From assembly GCA_035084275.1 (NCBI GenBank), contig CM068755.1, positions 11,904,001-11,968,000 on the forward strand: 64,000 bases of DNA, written 5' to 3'. The translations under genes and the position numbers were made by a program. Positions 53,720-64,000 of the stretch are shown here, in pieces; positions within the stretch are counted from its first letter, which is position 1, and each line of letters begins with the position of its first letter. This DNA comes from Hydrolagus colliei (taxonomy: Eukaryota). The notes beneath the pieces are model-generated. The model was not told the origin of the DNA, searched no databases, and saw only the letters and a list, made by a program, of their open reading frames with translations.

Positions 53720-53828
53720 ATGCACTCACATCTTGCAAAATGTCTATTGCTGACTTTATATACAGCTGTATTTACTCACGGTGTTTCGACAGAGGATGAT
53801 ATCATTCCAAGGATTGTTTTTCATTACA
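53720..53828 (+). CDS. sema4b: First coding exon (signal peptide and start of mature protein) of a class-4 semaphorin, most like SEMA4B; partial CDS
   Basis: Kozak-like gtcaccATG at 53720. It translates to MHSHLAKCLLLTLYTAVFTHGVSTEDDIIPRIVFHY plus 1 nt, then a perfect GTAAGT donor at 53829 (phase 1). A hydrophobic signal peptide followed by EDDxxPRIxFxY matches my recollection of fish Sema4b N-termini, and class-4 semaphorins have a phase-1 intron here. The paralogue assignment is less certain than the family. No downstream Sema-domain exon was recognised in the window. Confidence 0.75.
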
Positions 53829-56800
53829 GTAAGTGAACACATTTGTAGTACCTTGTTAAGTGGTAAAAAACATTGTTGAAAGTAATGCACAGATATCTGA
53901 GCCAAGCTTTCAGAACCCGACTCAATGGCTCTTTGCAGGTTATCAGAAGCTTCTTACAATTCTAGGATCTGTTGTCTATTCAGTTGCTTTATTTGCGCCT
54001 GGCACTGCTTTTGACAGTGACATGTAATTAAACAATGATGAACAAACTGAAATGTGTAGGAAGCTACATTTTCCTTTGACGGCAAACCTCAATTTAAAAA
54101 GTACTAATTATTATATGTCCAGAAAATAATTAAATTGTTTGCTCCTTCCCTCGTATTTAATTACAACTCAGATTATAAACATTTCATGTAAATTCAAAAT
54201 GAACACTGATTAGCATTGATCATAATTTGTTTGATAGTGTTTGTTACAACCTAAAATCAAACAAAGCTCATTATAAATCAGCCTGGAATAGCAATAGTAG
54301 GTTTTATCTCAGCATTAGAGCTCTTCTGCTGGAAGCAGTGTTTTTCTTGTTAGACTAGACTCTTTTGTAATGTGCTCAGAGTACAAATTAGCATTAGAAA
54401 ACAATGATGAACATCTGTGCATGTGACGAATACTTTAAAAATTAGTAATTGATGTGTTTTTTTGCAAGCTATTTTGTTGGAACACTTCTGCATTGTAAAT
54501 ATGTATCTGCTGCTAGTCATGGTTATAAACAAGCGTAATTACTAGCTAATGTACAATCTTTTCAGAATGGAGATGGGAGGTTTTTTTGTGAAAGTGAAAG
54601 GTCTAGTCAAGTAATTGCCTTTGCCCCTCCGCATTGGAATCAACGAGCTGACACTAAATGGAATTTTGTTGCAGTTGATCATTGCTGAGACCTGATCAAA
54701 TACAATACAATACATTTGTATAGAGCCTTTCACGTTGGGAGGACATCACAAGGCGTTGGACAGTCAAGGGATTTGGAGCAGTAACTTTCTAAAAAGATCT
54801 ATAGCAAATGTTCAGAAGAACCAGAACATAACAATCTCGTGTACCAGTGCAGGTTGAAGCATTGACGTTGTGGTGTGTACCTCTATAGAAAAAAATTTGT
54901 TGAGCACTTTTTCATGAAAATAGTGCGGTTACCATTAGCAAAAAAGGCAGTAATGCGCAAGTTTTCTATTTTGGCTGTCTTTACGCAACCTTTAAGGTTG
55001 AAACAGCAACAAGATACTGCTGTAGTTACTGTGATAGTGCTAACTAATCTTCCCCCTGGCTGAGCTTTGTGTAAGATGATGATGAAGACCCTGGAGTGTT
55101 TTTTGCCAACACCTGTGGAGGTGATGAATAGTAATCTGATCACATTTGAGTTGTTGAGTAGCACGTAAAGTAGATGGTGTTCAAAGCCTTACCTTGGTTT
55201 TTTTCCGATACATTGGCACAGAAAGCACACAACACAATGTCATGGCGAGGACCTGAAAGGTTGATCTCCTTGATAACGCCCTCTTCTATGGCAGAGTTCT
55301 GCGTTGGGTACTCGGGAATCTACAGAAATTTAAGATGTGCAATTTGGTTGTTACCCAATACATTTCCACTAGCACTTTGCTTGCAATGTACAGTTGGCCC
55401 TCGCACGAGATAGTAACTAAAAGTACATTACTGTAAAGGATGAGAATGGGAAAGTAACATACGGAAGCATTTCTAAAACCGGCCATGATTTGGATTTGCC
55501 ATAAAAGCATCTCATGACTGTACTTGTCTGCGTCTAATAGTTTCATTAACTTCTTTTATTTCTTTGTAGAAATTGTACAAAAGAACATTTAAGTGTAGAT
55601 TTTGGCAGCTCTGTCAAAATGAAGTGGAAAGTTTCTCATTTTCCGTGCAGTACTAGCGTGGGAATGAATGGGTTTGACGTTAGCGGCCGTGGTGGTCACG
55701 GTTGTTGTGGTGAAGATGGTTAAAAGTTGCAAATTTGCCACAGTGCTAGCATGTCATGGGAGCAGACTTAACAGGCAAGGATATGAGGAAGAAATGCCCT
55801 TCTAATAACACAGACTTACAATAACAAGTGAGTAATGAACGCAGAATGGCTTTGGGGGAGACCGTAGATCTTGAAAATATCTAGATGTAAAAGTTGTCAG
55901 GTTAAATTGACGTGAGCCCCTATCATCTTATCAGGCAATCTAGTACGTCCTCCCTGGGAAAAAAAACCCACACTGACCGGAATCTCAGGTTCTTAATCGT
56001 TCCCCTCCACAAACAACAGACCAACATTTAATTTTTAATCCTCTCTGCTTGCAGAAGTTACACACTACCCACGCCCCCTTCCAAAGGGTCAGGAATAAAT
56101 ACCATTCATATGACAGTGAGCATGTTCAGGCCACGTTTTCATAAAGGGAATTGGGACCTGATTAAAACTTAGCCAAGTTTACGAAATTCCAAATATGTGG
56201 CCTATTCGAGTAACATTTGGTTGTAAAGAAATTACCAATCATGCTCCTGGCAATAAAGTAAAAGTAAAAGATCAATGCTCAAAGGTACAACTTCCTTAAT
56301 GTACAACAAGGCATCCAGTTGGCCATCAGTATAATGGTGAGCGACTCAGAGTGTGTTCTGATTATTTCAGCATCACAGTAATGGTGGTATTGTAGCATTT
56401 AAAACAGTTGGGTCTTTATAGAAAATGCTTACACATGCAGATTACACCATTTAAACTCTTCAGTGATAATAGATAGGGTAGATCATAATCGATTGTGACA
56501 GTCTGCCATACTGGATAATCCTATGACAGTTGATAACCGTTCAACCTATTCTGAAAATATTATCTTACTTGCTTATCTCTCCATCCTCCACTTCATACAG
56601 CACTAACGCTCCAATGCACAAGACAATCAATGAATTTGTTTCTCCCTGCTTGTTTAGTTTGATCTCTAGACTCCTGCTTCACAGCAGTTTCACATATGCT
56701 GTGATTTATGACTGATCTTTTCCAAGTCGCTGTCATTGACTAAGACGATATAAGCGATAGCAATAAATGTGATGGGTGCTACTTGAGATCACGCGGAATA

Positions 56801-59514
56801 GTGGAAACTTCTGAAATGTACTCCCAAATCTGGAAACTATTTTTCCCACAGTTCTTAATCATGAAACAACTTTGAAATTTAAGAGTGAGTTTTCAACAAT
56901 TGTGCTCTATCTTAAAACAGAAGACTGGGAGCTTTCCAACCAGAGACATATCGATGGCAACTGAGGATCAAAATGCCCACTAGCTGATTCTTTTTATGTT
57001 GCAGTGAACTGACATACCTATGTGTCAGGACCACAAACGACAGTGTTACTGAGATACAGTTTGAGCATTGTGATAAGAAAGATTTGTTTTGCTTCAAGAA
57101 TTTTCAAGTGATTGCAGCTGAACGTAATTTTCTGAGTGTATCGATGCGCAAAATGACTTTTCTAAAAAGCTTTCGATGAATTTGTAATTCGATGACACTC
57201 GTTTAGCAGGTCAGGTCCTGTAAGGTTGAAACTGAAATGATGAAGAACTCTGTAGATGGTACGTGGAATTTAAAAGTGTGTGTCTGTTTAGTCTCACCAT
57301 CAAACAGAATTGTTGGTTGAGAAATCATTATTTGTGAAGTTATTCTTCTTCTTCCATTTGGTAGGCTTTTAACTTTACAATTTAGACTCTATTCAAGAGC
57401 ATCGCTTCCATTTTACATATCTGATTATTCAAGGCGGGTTGTTTCCTAGGCAACACTAAGCGCATAGTAACATGTGGTATTTCAAAGAGATCTTTGGTAT
57501 AGAAGGAGTTTATCTGTCATGAATAATTAATCAGACTAAAGGTTAGGAAACCCCCAATCCCATCTCACGTGACAAAAATAATAATAATCCTTGCATTTGA
57601 TTTTAGCATGCAATTGTCTGGGACCCAGATGCAGATCTTGTGGCCCAACTAGCCAGTGTCAGTGATTATACTCCACTCCCCCATCCCCACTCCTGTTCTC
57701 CTCTCTTTCCTTTTCCCTTGCGTATGCATTCACGTGTGCTCTTTCCCTTCATGTTTAGTCCATTCTGTATTTTGCTATCAGCAAATGCATCATGAAAGAA
57801 CACAGCAGCAGCAGCAACAAACTTACATTTGTAACGCTCCTTGCGTGTCAGGAAGACGTCCCAAGATGCTAAACAGTCAGGGTTCAGCACATGAGCTGGG
57901 AGCATTGAGCTGAGGGTATGATGAAGAGCAGCCATAATCTAATGCCAGGACAATGTCTCAAAGAGCTTCTCAGGATTTACAGTGAAGTTCAGTGACTGTG
58001 TGTTTTGTAGGTGAATACAGCAACCAATTTGTGCACATTGCAAAGACAGCCTTTAAGTGAATGACCAATTTTATCTGGGGAATTATCATTGGGAGAAACT
58101 CCTTTCATTCAACATACATTGTTAACTATATTGTTAACAATTGTTGCATTGCTAAGTAATGCGATTTGGATGAGGGGAATGGATTGGGTTTTCCACTGAA
58201 AATCATTTCTCTGCTTCAAGTAAAGAGTGTAGAGATAAAGACAAGGTATGAGAGATTTACCATATTATATTATTGTAGCATTCACACTATTTAAAGCACA
58301 GGAACAAACCGTCCAGGCTTTTGTTGTAAAGAGTGCCCTAGCCAACAAACCCACCCCCCCATCAAAAATAAAACTGGTAATTGGGACCATTGTTGTCCAC
58401 GTCCACATTGACTGCCACGTTCACCTACAAAATACAGTCATTGCAATTTACCACATATGCTGTGAAGAGCTCTGAAATGTCATTACATGAAATACACTAT
58501 AGTAAATGTAAGGATTATTATTAGTATAATAATGTAATACAAAAACTGGACAATATATTTGTATTTCAGAATGATGTGAAGTAGAAATTTATCATATACA
58601 ATCCTTCAGCTCAGAACATTTCCAATTCTCTGCCTGGGTAGTTCATGGGTCGTGAGACTTTGTTTGCTGTGGTTCACTTCATGTGCATATGATGTTGACC
58701 AGAATAACAATTTGATTCCAAAGACAAATACAATATACCGCAAACCACAATTTAACTCAACTCAAGTGATGCTTCTGCCAGTTTCCCATCTTGAGTATTT
58801 ATAACCACCGAGACATGCTCATTGGGAATATAATCATCTGTTTTATTCAGTTGATCCCCTTTGACTGCCTTTTTATATTTTACATGATTAAGGGGTACAC
58901 GGTCAGATTTATTTTCTCTTCCAGAAATAATTGCACAACAGATTGCTGAGAACTGTCTGTGACTGTGACTATGTGGGTGTGTGGAACCTTGCAACTCACA
59001 TGTACACACTCTTAGCATTTTGGGAACCAGTATTGGGTCACTCAACAGTGTGCTATCCTATTTGGGGGTCAAAATTGTGGAAGAATTGAGTATCTCCTTG
59101 TGTCCAACAAGCCCCAAAATTAAATTGGCTATTTCACTTCATGGTTGTTTGTGAGATGTTGCTATGCACAAATTGGCAGCCATGTTTGCCTACAATTATG
59201 CAGTCACTACACAGTACAATCCTGCGAAGAACTTTGAGATGAGCTCCTGATGTGAAAGGCATTATGTTGCAGGTTGTTTTTGTTTTAATTGATGTGATAA
59301 TTATTACAATACAGTTTTAACCCGTATATATAAATTGAGTTCAACATGGAACTTCCAGTACAATAATACATGTGACTTAATGAAAGACTGCACAACTTTC
59401 TGTCACTAGAGTGCTTAAGTGCTTTATATGAAAGTAAAATAGTGTACTCTTAACGCATCATTGATATTATATGGTGCGAAAAATAACCATAACTGGCTCC
59501 TAATAGATATTATT

Positions 59515-59680
59515 GTAATAATAATAATCCTTGCATTTGATACAGAGTTTTTCACGTCTTCTAGATGTCTCAAAGCATTTACAGAATATATACTGTAAAG
59601 ACAATTGACTGTATATTTGTGGGCAAAACGCTGCAGCCAATTGCGCACAAACAGTCATGGATTGAATGACCAATTTTTTA
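59515..59680 (-). mobile_element. 3' half of the same SINE family; further decayed tails at about 9070, 18980, 27800, 28150, 34940, 39110, 48460, 51905, 52180, 57950, 58390, 59130, 60690 and 63290
   Basis: ataataatccttgcatttgata...cttctagatgtctcaaagcatttacagaatata...gcagccaattgcgcaca. Confidence 0.75.
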
Positions 59681-60532
59681 TTGTTTGTTTTTCATGAGGG
59701 TTTATTATCAATATTGAATCTGTCAAGTTCATAAAATTTGTACAAATAAGAATAAAGACTAAAAATTTAGTCTGGAGCAGAGGCAAGCAACTTGGTGAGA
59801 TTTTAATAAAACATTTTACGTTTGCTGAGTTTACATTTGCTGCTGAGAGGTGGGATCTTAATGGGAGCCTGGATAAGTGAAACATTTTAAGCCACTAGGC
59901 ACAAGGAAGAGAGCTCGTAAACTGACAACAATTGACTTATTTTTGTTTTGTTTCTGCTCTCGCTTATTAGCATGAACATTTAATATGAACAAATCCTTAA
60001 TGTGTTCAAAAGTGGTGTTGATACCTAGACAATTGGCTCAGATTCTCATTATTATACATAACGAAAAAGCCCTCTATTGTTTCCAGAAATGGCTCTTTAA
60101 TCTGGTGAACTCCCAACAGTAATGGACTCCAATCATTCTTCTGCAGTGTTGTTACCTGATTGCATACAGGGCACAGCATTGCAGCACTTATTAGTGCTTT
60201 CTGTGTCTCTGGAGAAGGATCATGAGCCTTTCCTTATGAGGCATTGTGTTCAACAATTTGACAAAGAACATGATTTCTGTGATAGGTAGGTTTGAATGAC
60301 ATGTACCCTGGAATAGCTATCCCTTTGTTTATGTCATTTAGTTTCCTTTGTTGATGTTTTTCTCCCCCACTGTTCACCATGCAGTTGATGGTAGATTGAC
60401 CCTTAAATAGCTCATCACTTTCTAATATTTTGCCCCCAAATTGTCAGAATAAGCATAACTGATACACATTGCCAGCCAATTAGTGTAGCAATGAGGAACA
60501 ATTTGGAAAATTATTTAATTGAATATAACACT

Positions 60533-60640
60533 CACAAGATCACCACAAGATTGATTGGAAATAAGAAGGCCTTTTGGCCTATCTGATCTCAACTCTCCAG
60601 GTCACCCACCCTTCTCATCATCCAAGGTGTTGAAAAGACC
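60533..60640 (-). mobile_element. Old CR1 3' tail
   Basis: cacaagattgattgg..aagaaggcc..ttggcctatctgatctca is the reverse of the 12250-12300 tail. Confidence 0.6.
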
Positions 60641-63600
60641 AACCTCTTTATGTATTCCGATTATATTGTTGGAGCATAAAATAAAATAGCAATAGTTTAC
60701 ATTTAGATAGCGCCCATATAAAGATAAACACCTCAAAATGCATTGCAAAATATAATTCTTTAGAGATTAAGTGTTGGCTGCTATTATCGGAAATACAGCA
60801 GCTAATCTGCATCAACATCAACACAAAGAGATGTGAAAGAAACTCTTGATTACACTGAGGCTGGCTTTGAAATAGATGCAGTTCTCTGCTCATCACATAT
60901 TTCCACACATTAATATATTTTATAAACGTTTGCATTGAAAATGGTTGCAAACAGCTGCTCGACTTCCTGCCATAGGTGTGCAAAAACAAACTAAAAGCTT
61001 TTTTCATTGTGTAGATTAAAATTCTAAATGATTAATCATTCCAGAGAGGAAGGAAACCTAACTAGGCACACTCAGGGTTGTCCAAATGTACTCGCATTGC
61101 TCACGATAAATCCACATGAGATTATTTTATTTGTTATAGAAAGTGCTATCGGTTTATCAACTGCTAGACAATCCAATGCTTTCATTTTTTTTAACCAATT
61201 TTCTCCACTTCCCTACTGAAGGGGTGTGACTTATTTTTTCTCTCTGTTGAGGATCTCTTCCTCTAAAACTGTCTGGTACGTATCCCCCCCATCTCCACCC
61301 TGCACCATCATATCTATAGTGCAGGTCTGAGGTTGACATGAGAGTGTTAGCAGTGTAATTATGCATATGGAGCAGGCATCACAGCTGAGCCCAATCCTTT
61401 CCTCTCCAAGACATCCATTCATATGCACTTTCCCGCTGACTTCTCTAGGTAACACAGGGTGTCAAGGCTATTTGTTGTGCCCTTAGCCGCTCCCTGGGAT
61501 TTCAAGCTTCAAAAGTCGCAGCTGTACTAAAGAGTGTTGCTTAAATGTCAGCGCATTGACTTGAGCGCCACTCACACAAAGCAACATTATGTATATTAGG
61601 GACTCGAGAACCAGGTAAATGGATCAAGAATAGAATAGGAAACAGTTTGTTTTATTCAATTCTAATCTTTGGGAATCAATAGGAACTGGTTTTCTATATT
61701 GGGATTCTATGGTTGCATCTGGCATTTTATTTATTTATTTATAGCCCATTTGATATACAGCTGTATTTTTACCAAATACAAGTATTATTCATGGCAAACC
61801 AACCATAGTATGTGTGCTGGGCTTGCAAAAGCTCCTTGATTAAGGCTGGCATTTGAAAGCATGTACTGTGCTCCATTTAATTTTCAACTTTTTTATTTGA
61901 AGAGTGACTCATTGAATATGCTGCAGAGGACAGCTACCCGTTAAATGAACCCATTTTCGTCACTGTTAAAGCAATTGCAGAGCTAGTCAAGCTGCTTGCC
62001 AGGAAGCTCACCTGTCACATATTCTGTTTAGCCATGGAAAGCTGAACCAAACGGACCTTAAAAACTCACTAATAAAAATGCATCTTTCATTGAGTGATGA
62101 AATGACAACCGTGAAACCTTTATAGGAAGGAGGCACTAGGTTTTGCCCTCAAGCCTGAGTGATGTCTCATATTTGTGTTATTTCGGCATTCTCAGTTACA
62201 GTCTATGCACTGATAGAAAATCCATACGAGTGTCAAAAATGCTCACTGTTCACTGCTGTTCCTCATTAAATTGAGTGATAGAAGGTAATGGACTCTCACT
62301 AAAAGATATAGAAGAGTTGCAGGATTGGAGTCAGAGCTTCGTCCCTGTTTCTATAGATATTTGAGTTTTCAGCAGAGGTGAAATTGTTGGATGTAGATAG
62401 AACAGTTAAAATTTTATTTTACCCCCAATTCTTTTCTGATGCTCTTTAAGCATCCAAAGATATGAATGACTGATTTTCGGCCTCTGCTGATGCCTCTAGA
62501 AAGTGTGTCCATTCTCTGTAAAGCATGTTGCAATTGCCCAAGAGACTTGCCTTTCCAAACTTGAGTGGCTCATGTGGGTGAGTTTGCCAAACCTGGAAAC
62601 TCACCATGTGGAGTTTGCTTCACCATAGACCTTGCACATTACATTCCTGGGGCTCTCTACTATAGATTTGTCTGATATCAGATTCACTAAATTGTGACAT
62701 TAACTATGTGTGTATAAGAAATACTGGATGACAGTTCTAGAAATATCTATATAGGGCATTTCACCAGCCTTTGAACAAACTGAAAGATCATTATTAAAAC
62801 TATTTGGAGCAATGATATTGGAGGTCAGAGCTATCCCACTTTCTTCAAGGCTTCACAATCACTCAACAAGCCTCTCAACAACTTAAAGGTACCAAATGTG
62901 TTTAAGGCTTGCTTTTAAATGGAAAAGATGCAGTTAGGAATACACCCTGTGAATGTACATTCAGTGACACAAGGAGTTTTTCCATTCCTAGAGCTGCTCT
63001 AACTCACTGCTATTTTTAATGTTTGAAATTTCTTGCTTGATTCCTGTTAATGCTGTTTTATCATGAAGGACAGCCTTAGCTGTCGTTTGCATATTTTATG
63101 ATTGGCATGTTCACAAATGAAGTTAGTGCAAGGTTGATCATTAAATGTCTAGGTATCCTTGGTTTTGCTTGCATTTAAATTATACTTTCATTTTTTTCAA
63201 AAAGAATCGCTTGTTAAACAGTCTAAATTTCTGACTGACTTTCATCCAATAGCAGTTGCAGTTTGTAAGACTGTGGATCCCAGCTCTGTCTTGAAGATGT
63301 GATGAGGCGCTATATCAAATCCAAGGAGTATTATTATTATTATTAAAGCCACACTGGTGCTGTGAAGAAGGTGATTTGTTATTCTCATGTCATCGAGTTA
63401 TCCCCACACAGAAAGATAAATTCTCTTCTCTTTCTTTCCTCTGCTTTTCCCGGTACTGACTCATACTGGAACATAATTATTATTAAAGGTTCGTAGATGC
63501 CATCAGGCCTCCTTCATCTTGCCCAAGTGGCTATCCCTCATGCATGAAACCAGGCAATGAGGGACTTTTCAACTATAGCAGAGCAAAGCAAAATACTGTC

Positions 63601-64000
63601 TTTCTCCAGTATCAATACTGGTCTCTTTTCCAGTCAGGATTCCTGGTTAGTATTCAAACGCTGAGTCTCTGAATCCAGCCTCATGTTTCCTGTTTCTGGT
63701 TCAAGATCACAGAAGATCATTGTAAAGCATGTTCAATGCCACCCACACTGAGTTCAGCTAACTCACTGCACAATAAAAGCTTATTTTCGATACTTATAAG
63801 CAAACCTCCCCATCATTTGCTTCCTGAAAACAGACAATTACAGTAGTGCAGGATACATTTTGAACCTTTCATGTCGGCTATTAACCTGAGGCTTTGACTG
63901 TACAGCTGAAAAATTATAAACATGAAATTAGTTTGCCAAGAAATTAGATGCCTGGGATCAAAACTTCTATAAACCTTGTTTGTGCGTGTGTGTATATTCA

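Noticed and set aside
539-61455. The many 60-140 aa ORFs in the supplied track
   Set aside because: They are short, many have non-ATG starts, and they show no recognisable domains; the few with homology are L2 or CR1 remnants.
53835-64000. Search for the next semaphorin exon (NYT...LYVGARE motif)
   Set aside because: No convincing match by eye; it probably lies beyond the window.
1-64000. Prokaryotic-type systems (operons, CRISPR arrays, defence islands)
   Set aside because: The sequence is eukaryotic intronic or intergenic DNA with no long ORFs and no repeat-spacer arrays.

Overview
This is AT-rich, repeat-dense vertebrate genomic DNA, not prokaryotic. The repeat repertoire (tRNA-headed Deu-type SINEs with L2 tails, L2 and CR1 LINE remnants, a Penelope-type fold-back) points to a cartilaginous fish, probably a chimaera such as Callorhinchus; this is an inference. 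Only one host coding segment is supportable: a + strand exon at 53496-53828. It carries a 5'UTR, an in-frame uORF and the signal-peptide start of a class-4 semaphorin (SEMA4B-like, MHSHLAKCLLLTLYTAVFTHGVSTEDDIIPRIVFHY). The rest of the window looks like its upstream region and introns, and nearly all ORF-track entries are spurious or LINE-derived. The most notable non-coding structures are: (1) a multi-layer nested transposon at 21.4-23.0 kb, a Tigger/pogo-like MITE holding a long palindrome split by an L2; (2) a near-perfect ~185 bp hairpin element with a 10-bp target-site duplication at 5.3-5.6 kb; (3) a decayed 28S rRNA domain-V fragment at 39.6-39.9 kb; (4) L2 3' copies sharing one 5' start; (5) a local duplication of an ancient SINE segment. 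I found no convincing novel multi-gene system. All family assignments are by eye from remembered consensus sequences, and repeat boundaries are approximate.
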